From contig CDRNVI010000055.1 in NCBI GenBank assembly GCA_977017575.1, forward strand, positions 1 through 64,000: DNA of 64,000 bases, in the 5' to 3' direction. The notes under the pieces are model-generated. The model was not told the origin of the DNA, did not search any database, and was given only the letters and a program-made list of their open reading frames with translations. This stretch comes from Paramoeba atlantica. Lineage: Eukaryota; Protista; Discosea. Below are positions 1-10,728 of this stretch, piece after piece (within the stretch, counting starts at the first letter, position 1; each line of letters opens with the position of its first letter). Both the position numbers and the translations under genes were made by a program.

Positions 1-789
1 TGCAGCTTTGCATGACAAGTTCGTCTTTGCCACAAGACAGGGAACGCAGCGACGAACAAAAACATTTACACTCATTGAATTGTCGTTCGGGGTCAGTGAA
101 AAAAGTTCCGGTTCGTTTGCGATTCTCTGTCCCTCGCGCACTAAACAAGTGTGATTGATATGGTGATAGTAATGGTTGTTATGGAGCGAATGACTCCACC
201 ACGGACAGTCGCGACACTTTATGTGAGTCCGCTGGCCCATGGTATTCACGAGATGGGGCCGAGGATATTTCTCGGCGTATTCGCGACACTCTTTGTTTTT
301 CTTCTCCAAATCTTTCGTTCTACCAGGCGGGGTATCCATTCCCAAGCAGCGTTCACGAAAGAATTTTGTCGAAATACGGGGAAACCGCATTGGGTCCTGT
401 ACAAGCTGTTTTCGAACTACTTGCCTTACAGAGCTTGCCTGTTGTGATGGAGAGGACGACATTTCCTCTTCAAGCCTCGCGGTACACTCTCGTCGTACTG
501 AGACAGGAACATAACTCCCTGACGGAACGTTATCGGAAATTTCAAATCTGCTCTGGGTAGGACCATCTGCTGCTTCCGTGGAAGCATCTCGCTGCATGGC
601 AGTTCTATTCTTCTTCGCCGAATTGGTTCTCTTGGCACGAACCGAAGTAACTGAAGGAGTAGTAGATGAAACAGATTCGGAAGAATTTGCTTCAGCTAAA
701 GTTGGCACGATTGCATCTGATGAAAGAGCTGGGGGAGAAGGTATGCGGATAGGAATCATGCGCCCTCTTCCTCGAACAGAGGTGTGCAT
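1..789 (-). CDS. Hypothetical protein, 3'-partial (runs off window start)
   Basis: ATG at 789 and no stop in frame down to position 1 (263 codons: MHTSVRGRGRMIPIRIPSPP...HIKCRDCPWWSH...). Absent from the ORF track because it is incomplete. Same strand as all host genes. Confidence 0.6.
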   Translation of the reverse strand, partial: MHTSVRGRGRMIPIRIPSPPALSSDAIVPTLAEANSSESVSSTTPSVTSVRAKRTNSAKKNRTAMQRDASTEAADGPTQSRFEISDNVPSGSYVPVSVRRECTARLEEEMSSSPSQQASSVRQVVRKQLVQDPMRFPRISTKFFRERCLGMDTPPGRTKDLEKKNKECREYAEKYPRPHLVNTMGQRTHIKCRDCPWWSHSLHNNHYYHHINHTCLVREGQRIANEPELFSLTPNDNSMSVNVFVRRCVPCLVAKTNLSCKAA

Positions 790-938
790 TGTGAAAAAAG
801 AAGTAAATTAACACAAAAAAGTAGAAGACTGGTTGCAAATACATTTTTTAAACATTTTATAAACATATATTCTGTTGAAAAAAATTCTTTCAGAAACCAC
901 ACAAGCACTCAAAATGTTTCGACCTTTCGACCGTCGAA

Positions 939-958
939 CGACGTCGAATTCGACGTCG
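939..958. repeat. Perfect 20-bp palindrome CGACGTCGAATTCGACGTCG at the 5' junction of the RLE ORF
   Basis: Read directly from the sequence; embedded in several TCGA repeats (918-960). Confidence 0.9.
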
Positions 959-959
959 A

Positions 960-1907
960 ATGACAGCTATGGATATAGTCACACAACACGTATTAGAAGG
1001 GCGCATGGAATGGGAGAAAACTCTTGACTCCGCACACCACCACAGACCCGCTATCCTCGCAGCCGACCGACTTCATGACAAACAGAGCGCCAGAGCATGG
1101 GTCCGCCGATACACCGAAAACGAGCTGATAGCTGAGTATCGTCGCCGCGCTCCCGTCGCAGCTAAATGGTTTAGTGAGGAGACAGATGCTGAGTTAGCTG
1201 AGGATTTTGCGCGAGCTCTGCACAATATACATGGAAAAGATCTCTCTCGGTTTACCTCGATGGTCATGACCAGTTACGCCCCGCCGAGCCTATCTAACTC
1301 ACGTGCATGGGGGAAGGCTGATGGACACGTCATCTGTCCGATCTGTCGTGAAAGGAAGCAAACCTTACGACATGTCCTAACCAGCTGTACAACATCTCTC
1401 TTACAAGGCCGTTATACATACCGACACAATATGATTCTGAAGGTCCTACTAGACACGCTTCGAAGTTGTGGTCACATACGAGCAATGTATTTTGATCTAC
1501 CTGGCAACCCCTCCGAGGAGCACCCACCATCATGGCTAGCAAACTTTAGCACGCTACGACCAGATGGGTGGATTCTCCTAGAAGATGGCTCAGAATACAT
1601 CATTGAACTCACCTCCCCGTGGGAAGAAAATTTTGATCAAGCCCGCGAACGAAAGCGCGCAAAGCACGAGGAGATTTTGCGCTACCGACAGGCAACAAAC
1701 GTACGCACGAGCCTCATAACATTTGAGGTCGGAGCTCGGGGCAAACTTAGCGATAGTACGCTCGATCTTTCCTGGGTATTCCCAAAAGATCATAAACACC
1801 ACGTTCGCAAAATGCGTGAAAACTTTGCCCTTGCTGCACTTCAGGCTTCATTTAGGCTATATACTATGCGACAGAACCCCACCTGGAACCCACCACAAGC
1901 AGCTTAA
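960..1907 (+). mobile_element. 5'-truncated non-LTR retrotransposon (HERO/NeSL-like RLE clade): post-RT region with CCHC knuckle and restriction-like endonuclease, no RT
   Basis: CPICRERKQTLRHVLTSC knuckle, GRYTYRHNMILKVL, RPD...IIELTSPWEEN...ARERKRAKH, FEVGARG. Open 315-aa frame, antisense to the host cluster. Confidence 0.85.
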
Positions 1908-2068
1908 GTAGGAAAATCTCTTTCGGAACAAGATCCTGATCTTTGCCAGGACTATCCGGAATGAAAATCTCTAGTGTACAACACTATGATAAAATTATGC
2001 ATTATAAATGTGCCGCTTAGTATGCATTATAAATGTGCGGGCGGCCGTTCAAATTGCCCTAAGTAAGC

Positions 2069-2143
2069 GATGAAGCTTCATCCAAAGTGTACAACTTTCG
2101 ATGAAGCACATTGAAAGTTGTACACTTTCGATGAATCTTCATC
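2069..2143. repeat. Nested inverted repeat (31-bp arms, 2 mismatches, each carrying a GATGAANNTTCATC palindrome)
   Basis: Arms at 2069-2099 and 2113-2143; core AAAGTGTACAACTTTC/GAAAGTTGTACACTTT is perfect. A related motif recurs near 43820-43840. Confidence 0.85.
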
Positions 2144-2362
2144 GAAGGTGTTTTTGACTTTTTCTTATTTTTTCAAATCTTCACGGAAAGGTTTTTCGCG
2201 GATCCATATAGACATTTTGACTTTTATGGTGCTTCATCGAAGTGTTTTGTGAAGGAATTTCACCGTTTTTTCAGTTTATGTTCATGGAAGCGCTTTTGAC
2301 TGATCCATATACATATTTTGAGCGACAATCCTGCGGAAGGGGTAAACACAGGTTCTCAGTGC

Positions 2363-2392
2363 GCGACCCGCGCGCTGGAGCGCGCGGGTCGC
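2363..2392. repeat. GC-rich perfect hairpin, 14-bp arms
   Basis: GCGACCCGCGCGCT-GG-AGCGCGCGGGTCGC. Confidence 0.9.
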
Positions 2393-2646
2393 CGAAAAAT
2401 ATTATTATGTCCCAGGGCTACGCTCACAGTTGGGCCTTGCTCGCAAACGGGGGCTTTTGCCTCCAGATGAGGGCTACAGAAACTGAATCTTTAGCTGGAG
2501 AAAGATTCAATCCTTGTATGCAGTAATTTTCGGAGCCCAAAACTATTTCTTATTTATTTTTTCTTGTTTTTATTTTAGCCAGTCAGATTCAGCTCTGAGT
2601 CCCAGCAAACTATATAGTTCGTTATGTACAAAAAAAGGAAATATTA

Positions 2647-3233
2647 ATTGTCACTGTCGTCGAGACGAAGATCTCGCGCTTTGAAACGGGGGGAAGTCTT
2701 TGGACATGGGGGACCCCGGGGGAGGAACTGGGTGAAAAAGGGGTATTCCTACGGTAAAGTACGGAGGGGGGCACATCATGATTTGGGCGTGCATGTCCCG
2801 AAGCGGTGTGGGGCATGTGCGTCTAGTTCAAGGGAACCTGAACGCCACACAGTACGTCGAGATTCTTGAAGAGAATCTTGCCCCCTCCCTCGAAACTATG
2901 GGTCTAGACCCCCCAATGGTCATCTTCCAACAAGATAATGACCCCAAGCACACAAGCCATTGTGCGCAACGGCACCTCCGGGGTACCGGGTTTGAAGTCA
3001 TGCGGTGACCCCCGCAGTCTCCTGACTTAAATCCAATCGAAAACGTTTGGGGGGAACTCAAGCGGCGCCTTGCAGCGCACGATGATCCACCAAGCGGGGT
3101 CCGAGAGTTGTGGGAGAGGGTAAAAATGGAATGGGCGAACATACCACCCTCAGTATGTCGTGCCCAGGTGGACAGTATGCCTGCCCGCATGAAGGCAGTG
3201 CTGAAGGCTCGTGGGGGGAATACTAAATACTAG
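2647..3233 (+). pseudogene. Tc1-like DDE transposase pseudogene (catalytic core)
   Basis: ETKISRF..., frameshift, then TVKYGGGHIMIWACMSRSGVG, IFQQDNDPKH, MR*PPQSPDLNPIENVW (TGA at 3006-3008), SMPARMKAVLKARGGNTKY*. Confidence 0.9.
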
Positions 3234-3704
3234 TTTTACGGGCATAATCTCTCTTGGGCGATTACGTTTCATCTATTTTTTGGGACAAGATTTTCTCTAT
3301 AATAGGTGGCAAAAAAACCTTTCGAATGCTAAACTTTTTTATATTCATTCTTATTTCTTTGGTAGAACGAACTGAGGTGAACTATCTACGGGTACTATTA
3401 GGTGACACTCATGCCTACACTACTAGCACACATTACCAGCGCAACGGTGATATTTAATCAATAGCTCTATACAAAAGAAAAAAAACCGAAACATTCGAAC
3501 GGTTTTTTTGCTGACTGTACAACACTTCTGTTTTGAGATATTTTCATGACAGTTGATTTTATGTGCTTCTGAGAAGGAAGTAGTTGATTTTCAATTTTTT
3601 TTGAAAGTGTGCAATATTGGCGGAATCTGACCGAGTTTACGACCACCGCAGTAGCTATGTAACGGGCTCCTTCCATGAGATCAACAAATCTCGCAATGTT
3701 TACA

Positions 3705-6700
3705 TTATGTATTAGGAATGGTCAAATTATTATGAGGAATAGAAAGTGTACCTCGCTCTTTCCACGGGATCTTCGTAGCTTGTACAGGGATAGGTGTGTT
3801 AATTAGTCGATAAACAAAGTTAATTAAGCCTTTGGCTTGCTCGTCTTGATTTTCATCAGCTGAACATAATAGCTCCTGAAGCAAAACGTTTTGTATATAA
3901 TTCTTTAGAACTATAACGTTGTTATAGGTACTTTCGTCCATATGTGCTACGAGCCACTTATCGATCACGCAAAGTCCAAGGTCATTTCGATACTCGAAGT
4001 CAGTCAGATCGACTCCAAATAATAGTACGTGCCACATGGATATGCTTGTAACGCAATTTAGAGTAGGCGGATGTTTCGCGGTACGTTGTTCATCGGAGTA
4101 TACAAAATATGGCGAAGAAACATGCGGAACAACGCTACTTTGAGGACCAATGCGCATTAAGATTTCCATCTTTGTTCGACACTCTGTAGCTTGTAGCCCC
4201 ACGCCGCTTCCTCGGTATAACGCAATTCGTGGTGCATGCATGGTGCACAAAATACTCTTGGCCATGCCGACGGATAATGAGTAAGTCGATAGCTTCCCAG
4301 TATCGACGAACGCCGTTTCTTCGTTATTACACGCAAGCCTCGCATCTGCAGGTACTAATCCAATATTCTGAAGAATACCATAGTACTGCTTCTTGCATTT
4401 GGCTACAGACTTGAGTGAGTTATGGCAGAGGTTGGATTCGCCTAAAAAGTGAGCAACTTTGCTCGCTTCATGCATCGATAAAAATGCCCACTGATTATAT
4501 GCATTCACCTGGGCAAGGTGGTCGGACATTGTTTGATTCATAAAAATATCGATTTGAACTTTATTTTCCTCCGCTTCTCCGCGAAATATACTTTTAACTT
4601 CCTCTAAAGCAGCTAGTGTCAATGCTGTGTCCAAGCAACAAAGGGCACATCCAAGCACAAGCGCTTTTGCAACAGAAGGTCGCACAGGAAAAAAACTCAT
4701 GGCACGGCCCAATGCAGTCAAGTTTTCTTGGGCTGTAATTGCATCCAATTTTCTTAAATTTTTTAGCGCCAATTCGACGTTTTGCGGTGGAGGTGGGATG
4801 AGGGCCTCTTCAAAGAAGCGTCGCGGATCTTTTCTCACGTCCCTCATGGAGAGCAATTGAAGCAACGTAGAGTCCAGGGAAACATTCTCTATTTCTGCCT
4901 TCCTATACGGAGCCATGGCTTCGTAATCTTTCGAGCTAAACATCCGGTAGCAGATACCTCCTTGCGTGCGTCCCGCACGTCCTTTGCGCTGAACACAATT
5001 GGCTTGTGAAGCAAGACGTATAGTGAGCTGAGATGACGTCATATATTCGTTTTGACCAATGCTTGTATTTCCTTTGTGCCTATGAAAAATTAATTCTTTG
5101 CTGCGTCCGAAATCGATGACGACCTTTACATCTGGAAGCGTTACAGCACTCTCCGCAATATTCGTAGCAAGAATAATTTTCACCTTATTTTGAGAAACAG
5201 GTAAGAAACATTGCCTTTGCTGTGCACTTGCGACGCTACTATGTAGAACAAAAGTCTCAAATTCAGGTACTGAGCCAATAACTTCAGAGACAGACCGAAT
5301 TTCGGATATTCCCGGAAGAAATATAAGTACACAGCGACCGTAGATATCATCATGTACGAGTGAATATTTCAACACGAATAATAGAAGTCTAAAATCTAGA
5401 AGAGTTTCAGCACGCAGTGGAACACCCTTTTCTGCAGTAATCAGAGATGGAGACGTGAAATTGTCCGCTTTCGCTAAGAGTCCTATATCCTCTAAAAACA
5501 GTGTTTTCACAGGATAGAGCTTACCTTCCACTTGTAGAACAGGCACATGCTTGACACCTACACCTGCACCTACACCTGCACCGCCTGTTTCCAAACAACT
5601 GTGGCCTGCAGTTTCAAAATAAATTTTAAATTGTTCCGCATTTAACGTCGCTGACATTATTATTACTCGTAGATCTGGGCGACGGATCCGTAATCTGCGG
5701 ACAAAAATGAGTAACAAATCGGTGTTCAAGTCTCTCTCATGAACTTCATCAATAATTAAATGTGAAACGCCCTCAAGTTTGGTGTTGTTGTTCATTAAAC
5801 GCAATAGCATCCCCGTAGTACAAAAGTTAAGTGATGCCCCCCTTCGGACATCAAAGCGGACCATGTACCCCACTTTACCACCCACTTGACTCTCACCGAG
5901 CTCAAAGGCAACGCGTTCAGCTATAGAAATAGCACTTATCCTACGAGGTTGAGTCACAAGAACTCGAGCACTACGGTTATTGTTCAAAATGTATTGGGGG
6001 ATTTGAGTAGTTTTACCACAACCAGTAGTACCACATATAATGATGACCGAGTATTGTTGTAGCACAGTAAGCATACGTTCTTTAATTTGGCTTATTGGGA
6101 GAATAGTACCCGTTTGTTTAGCATTGAACACTCTACCAATGTACTGTACGCCGCTCCATGAATCCGACTTAATACCTCTGCTGAAAAGGTCTGAGACGGG
6201 ATCATCCGCAGTGTCGGATGACTCGTCAATCTCATCGAAGTTATTCTCTGTAGTGCTTATCGTATCGATAAGGTCAAGCAAAACTGCAGTCTCAGATAAA
6301 GCTATATTTACCGAAGGTATGTATTCGGGTTGTAGTTGCGGATTCGACTCCAAAATACTTACTAACGATTGAAACGTCAAAGACATTTCATTCAAAGCAG
6401 AAAACATTTTCCGTACAGCGATGTCACAAGCCCCATTTAGAGTCCCATGCGTACCTTGAGAAACGATTTCATTTTTAGAATCTCCATGTACTAGACTCAT
6501 TGTGCATGTCTTTGATGTCGTGCCCGTAAAGCTCAGCTGCGTCGAACTTGTTTTTGTTTTTAAAAAAGGAAGATCCAGGCAAATTACGTACAAATCAATG
6601 ATACAGCGCATCAGTTTGACGTTCTCTTCGATTACAGTGACGTGACTCGGTATTGTATTATAGATTTTCCACTGAAATTCATCATCAATTCGACGAAGTA

Positions 6701-9700
6701 TTTCCAAAGCATGTACAGCTGCTTTTCGTTTCGAAATGGCGATTCGTTTGTCACATCCGAAGGCTGTATATTCAGGATATCCAGGAAGTTGCATTGATGC
6801 AAGGTGGAAACTATTCGTACTTTCAATTTCTACTTTAGGAAATTGATATCCCTTCCGAGTACAGAAATTATACAAATTGGTACGGGCATGAATCTCTTCA
6901 ATGTCACTATTTTCCGCGGCGTCAAGCGAAGTATCCTGAAAATAGTCTCCACAATAGGGTGGTTTTAAACTTGACATACGCCAAGCATTTTCTTGTCTTC
7001 TTGATTTGAAAACGTAGTTCGAACACTCCTCAACGTAAGATCGCCATCTCTCTACCATTTGGGGGAAACCAATTTCTTCCATTTGAAATCTATTAGGAAT
7101 ATTGTTGACTGATAGACACTCCGTTGCCACCGAAGCGTGGCCACTCGCATTGAGTCGGAGCGGTGCCGAAACACCGGTCTTGGAGCCTTCCGTCTTCGTG
7201 CTTGTGGCGCAGTTGGCGTTGATTTCATGTTGAAAACTGCATACTATACGTATTGGAACTATGTTTTGTGGTTCTTTATCTAAAGCTTTTGATTCTGCTT
7301 GAAGCGTAGTGGAGTATGCTTGAGGACCTGAAAGAGAAACGCCGGCAGCCTCCACGACTTGAACAGCATTCAGGAGAAGACAAAGGTGAATATGGGAAAC
7401 AGGAGCAATTCCATATACATGTATGTGAGTGAAAACTTCTTCTCTGGGAGAAGGTAACCAGCCATGCAGAACAACATTTGATTTTCCTATACTAGAAGTT
7501 TGACCTTTTATGAGCGATAACACATTAAAGTCCGGGTGTTTTGTTCTTAAATAGTGACCAAGACTCTCTATTGAAGCGATATACCTTTTGAACTCCTCAT
7601 TCATAAGCATTGAGGTTTGCCCTTTTTCCCCTAACAGGATACTCTTCAAATTTCGAATGTTGGTCGTCATAATTATGGGTTTACACTTTTGAATGTCAGA
7701 CCGATCACACTCCGTCAAATCAGGGACGGCTCGTCCTTCGTGCAACGTACGATGTACAAGGCGCAGCGGCGGTGGCCGAGGTGCTTTCTTGAGTTGTTCA
7801 ACAAAACAAGTTTCACGGGTACTTGAAATGGCCCATCGTCTACGACTTTTAACGGTTTGCGAGTGCTGGATTTGCAACTTTTCATCATCGTATAATGCCA
7901 ATCCTAACGCATCGATTAAGAGTTCCATGTGCATGAAGGCGCAATACTCAGCGTGAGAACGTACAATAGATTCACCAACAGCTTTCAAAGACTCGAACTG
8001 GTTCAAGTTCTTTGGTAGAGAAAAAATTAGTTCGCATCTTATTATGCTATACATGGTGTATTTTCCATTTTCCGCGTCACACCGCAAGGCTCTTATCGTG
8101 TATTGCGGTATCGGCACTTGATAACTTAAACGAGAGCACCACGATTTTACCCTAGTTTTACTTCTTAGGCACAATAGCTCCGGGCTATGCAAAGTATGGT
8201 AACATCTTTCTCTCGCAAGGCGGTCAACTTTAACTGCAATGTAGCCGTCCCTTGTCATTCTGTATTGTGGCTCATTGAAAGAAGAAAAATCGGTAGCTCT
8301 CCGCTGAAAATCACTGCCGTCGGATTCGCTATTACTTTGGCTACGAGACATATTTCTGCTAGTAAGGAAATTTTTTGTATCATCTCCTTTTTCAATATCA
8401 GATGAGATATTCGCAGATGAGTCACAGGGAACGCCAGTTCCATCTGCCAACCGCCTGTAAGCAGGTAAACTCACTGCAGAGCATGTTTGATTTTTTGTAG
8501 GCATCCATCGAGACGAAGGTGATATGCCATAGAAATGGAGGATTGAACAAGCATGCATAAAAGAAAGTACCTCTGCGTCGTAACTGTTTCTAGCTGAACC
8601 TACTGCAAAAAAGCTCTGCAGCCCACCAGTGAGAGGTAAATGCAAGATTCGCCTGTGAAAAACGCGATCAACCTCTACCTGATGGCCGTGTATCGATATC
8701 GAATGTCTTGAAAATCTTCCCCAAAAATAAAGAGGAAAAGATTTATTCTCCAATGTTCCAAGTTGCCCTATGTGCTTCAAATACTGCTTAATATTTCGTT
8801 CTGCATAACCATCTAGACGTCTCACGTCTACGTGATTTTCCGTATATAAGTGCGGCGGACTATTTTCATTACATTTACTTTGATGCGGTGCTCGAATGAC
8901 ACGGAATGGATGAGGTGGATCATATTTCATACTCATCGCGTCTCCAAGTTTCGGAGCAGATCGACCAAAGAACACTGCCATTCTTCTATGTTCAGCTTGA
9001 GGAGCATTTTCATTGTAAATACATACATTGAAGTAGTCAATGACATGCTCAATGTGTTGACACATTGCGATTTCTGCATCCTTATCACGAGCTGCCACCC
9101 CGACACCTTTTAGAGGGCCACATGGTCCTTGAAATCCCGGAATCTCGGCTTGACAGACCCAATACGTGTCATTCCCCGAAACGTGCTTGGTGTGCTTAGT
9201 GGCCGCTTCTAAATCAATGCGATATCGTCGATAATATTTAATGACACGAGGTCTACATGCATAAAAGTCAAGAACAGAAGAAGTCGTACTATACTGGGAT
9301 GAAATAACCTCATCAATTCTCGGAGGATAAACTTCATTGAATGGTCCGCAAAGAATGCTTTCTCTGCGATCACGCGATTTGCTGCCAGAAATATTAAGAT
9401 TCGAAGAAGCGGGAGTAGGATTTTCTATTACGTGTACGACGTTTTTGGGTGATGGTTTTACGCCAGAACATCCTGATGACTCTGAGCAATATAATGGATC
9501 TGGTAATTTATTGCGTGAAGGTGTGTCAGTCACACGTTCTCCAGGTAACGGAGCCCAAAGTCCTTGTGCGCGACGGGCTAACGCATGCTTCCTTTGCGTC
9601 GTTGGCATTAAATAAATCTCTTTTCCAAAAGCATCCAATAAGCGTTCACAGTGCATATAGAAAAGGGTTTCCGCTATTTTTTGGGTCCGGGATACGCCTA

Positions 9701-10466
9701 CTGCTATTGCATCACCACAGTTTAACAAATCTGGAAGCGTTCCGCAATACCACCACGAGTTTATATATTCGTCACCAATGCGGGTTTTATGCTCAAAACT
9801 CTTAATCTTTAAATTGTTTTTCATATTGTCAGAGCACATGCTCTCTGACTTATCTTGTCTTTGGAAGAAACTTGTAACCCGCGTCTTACTCATAACGTCC
9901 AAAGATTCCTGGCATACTGAACAGAATTCCTTTTGCACGAATTTCAATATGCGACCCTCCTTCTCCTTTGACCCATCTTCGTTACACCATTCTTTCGGCA
10001 TAAAGCCAAAAACATCCTCCAAATGTAGGTCGTCCTCCAGTATTCGAAGTTCAATACGAATGAGTTTATCATTTAAAATAGGAGCTCTCCGAGACCCGTA
10101 GTCCTGCTTAGCACCATTTTTCGAGGTGGAAAGAGCGGGTTGTTGCACTAAAGGAATAGAACACGTGTAATCGTGTTGCCTATGGGCCTGACCTACGTAA
10201 GCTCTCGGTGGACATGTTAGCTTTTGAGTTGGATTCCGTCTGAGATCTGGAGTACTAGTTGACACATCCTTTATTTGTATGTTCCCTTTCTTGAAAGGAG
10301 ACGGTGCAAGGGTACTTTTATCGTTTCGTTTTTCATCTGTTACAGTATTGCCTCGTACTTCTTGGGATGAAAACAAATGATTACCCTTCGTGGGCTGTAC
10401 GACATAGCTCCGTATATTGAGTCGGATAAACAGTGGGACGGAGACTTTTACAATTCCATATCGCAT
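3705..10466 (-). CDS. KREH2: Kinetoplastid RNA-editing DExH helicase 2 (REH2/KREH2)-like
   Basis: 2253 aa. GTTGCGKTTQ, DEVHER, SAT, QRKGRAGR and HA2. Repeated N-terminal dsRBD-like units (AVGSARNSYDAEVLSFMHAC, AVGESIVRSHAEYCAFMHME). Size and architecture fit KREH2. Confidence 0.8.
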   Translation of the reverse strand: MRYGIVKVSVPLFIRLNIRSYVVQPTKGNHLFSSQEVRGNTVTDEKRNDKSTLAPSPFKKGNIQIKDVSTSTPDLRRNPTQKLTCPPRAYVGQAHRQHDYTCSIPLVQQPALSTSKNGAKQDYGSRRAPILNDKLIRIELRILEDDLHLEDVFGFMPKEWCNEDGSKEKEGRILKFVQKEFCSVCQESLDVMSKTRVTSFFQRQDKSESMCSDNMKNNLKIKSFEHKTRIGDEYINSWWYCGTLPDLLNCGDAIAVGVSRTQKIAETLFYMHCERLLDAFGKEIYLMPTTQRKHALARRAQGLWAPLPGERVTDTPSRNKLPDPLYCSESSGCSGVKPSPKNVVHVIENPTPASSNLNISGSKSRDRRESILCGPFNEVYPPRIDEVISSQYSTTSSVLDFYACRPRVIKYYRRYRIDLEAATKHTKHVSGNDTYWVCQAEIPGFQGPCGPLKGVGVAARDKDAEIAMCQHIEHVIDYFNVCIYNENAPQAEHRRMAVFFGRSAPKLGDAMSMKYDPPHPFRVIRAPHQSKCNENSPPHLYTENHVDVRRLDGYAERNIKQYLKHIGQLGTLENKSFPLYFWGRFSRHSISIHGHQVEVDRVFHRRILHLPLTGGLQSFFAVGSARNSYDAEVLSFMHACSILHFYGISPSSRWMPTKNQTCSAVSLPAYRRLADGTGVPCDSSANISSDIEKGDDTKNFLTSRNMSRSQSNSESDGSDFQRRATDFSSFNEPQYRMTRDGYIAVKVDRLARERCYHTLHSPELLCLRSKTRVKSWCSRLSYQVPIPQYTIRALRCDAENGKYTMYSIIRCELIFSLPKNLNQFESLKAVGESIVRSHAEYCAFMHMELLIDALGLALYDDEKLQIQHSQTVKSRRRWAISSTRETCFVEQLKKAPRPPPLRLVHRTLHEGRAVPDLTECDRSDIQKCKPIIMTTNIRNLKSILLGEKGQTSMLMNEEFKRYIASIESLGHYLRTKHPDFNVLSLIKGQTSSIGKSNVVLHGWLPSPREEVFTHIHVYGIAPVSHIHLCLLLNAVQVVEAAGVSLSGPQAYSTTLQAESKALDKEPQNIVPIRIVCSFQHEINANCATSTKTEGSKTGVSAPLRLNASGHASVATECLSVNNIPNRFQMEEIGFPQMVERWRSYVEECSNYVFKSRRQENAWRMSSLKPPYCGDYFQDTSLDAAENSDIEEIHARTNLYNFCTRKGYQFPKVEIESTNSFHLASMQLPGYPEYTAFGCDKRIAISKRKAAVHALEILRRIDDEFQWKIYNTIPSHVTVIEENVKLMRCIIDLYVICLDLPFLKTKTSSTQLSFTGTTSKTCTMSLVHGDSKNEIVSQGTHGTLNGACDIAVRKMFSALNEMSLTFQSLVSILESNPQLQPEYIPSVNIALSETAVLLDLIDTISTTENNFDEIDESSDTADDPVSDLFSRGIKSDSWSGVQYIGRVFNAKQTGTILPISQIKERMLTVLQQYSVIIICGTTGCGKTTQIPQYILNNNRSARVLVTQPRRISAISIAERVAFELGESQVGGKVGYMVRFDVRRGASLNFCTTGMLLRLMNNNTKLEGVSHLIIDEVHERDLNTDLLLIFVRRLRIRRPDLRVIIMSATLNAEQFKIYFETAGHSCLETGGAGVGAGVGVKHVPVLQVEGKLYPVKTLFLEDIGLLAKADNFTSPSLITAEKGVPLRAETLLDFRLLLFVLKYSLVHDDIYGRCVLIFLPGISEIRSVSEVIGSVPEFETFVLHSSVASAQQRQCFLPVSQNKVKIILATNIAESAVTLPDVKVVIDFGRSKELIFHRHKGNTSIGQNEYMTSSQLTIRLASQANCVQRKGRAGRTQGGICYRMFSSKDYEAMAPYRKAEIENVSLDSTLLQLLSMRDVRKDPRRFFEEALIPPPPQNVELALKNLRKLDAITAQENLTALGRAMSFFPVRPSVAKALVLGCALCCLDTALTLAALEEVKSIFRGEAEENKVQIDIFMNQTMSDHLAQVNAYNQWAFLSMHEASKVAHFLGESNLCHNSLKSVAKCKKQYYGILQNIGLVPADARLACNNEETAFVDTGKLSTYSLSVGMAKSILCTMHAPRIALYRGSGVGLQATECRTKMEILMRIGPQSSVVPHVSSPYFVYSDEQRTAKHPPTLNCVTSISMWHVLLFGVDLTDFEYRNDLGLCVIDKWLVAHMDESTYNNVIVLKNYIQNVLLQELLCSADENQDEQAKGLINFVYRLINTPIPVQATKIPWKERGTLSIPHNNLTIPNT

Positions 10467-10728
10467 CTCCTGGCGCGGTAGAAAGAGGTGGTATAACAGC
10501 TTCCCACTTTCTCACTTTTTTGACCCATGCATTAAGACTTGAAATGGCGATCACATAGATTTGTAACGAAATAAACTAATAAAAAAAATCTTTTTCACTT
10601 GTTTCCTGATGAAGCAAATAATATTTTTTCCTTTAGTTTTGAGCTAACATTTTTTGCTGCGTAATACGTAACGAAATATTTTTTAACAGGATAACACAGA
10701 TACGCTGAAAAGAATCAATGGCCATTTT

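Noticed and set aside
2405-2460. GTCCCAGGGC...ACGGGGGCTT resembling RNase MRP P4 or an HDV-like ribozyme
   Set aside because: Motifs are too close for MRP, and the HDV P1/P2 pairings cannot be built.
2475-2485. CAGTTTCTGTA (minus strand), the conserved spliced-leader core, near the RLE ORF
   Set aside because: Only 11 nt; no SL 5' part, no GT donor or Sm site, and the geometry does not fit SLA1; could be chance in 64 kb.
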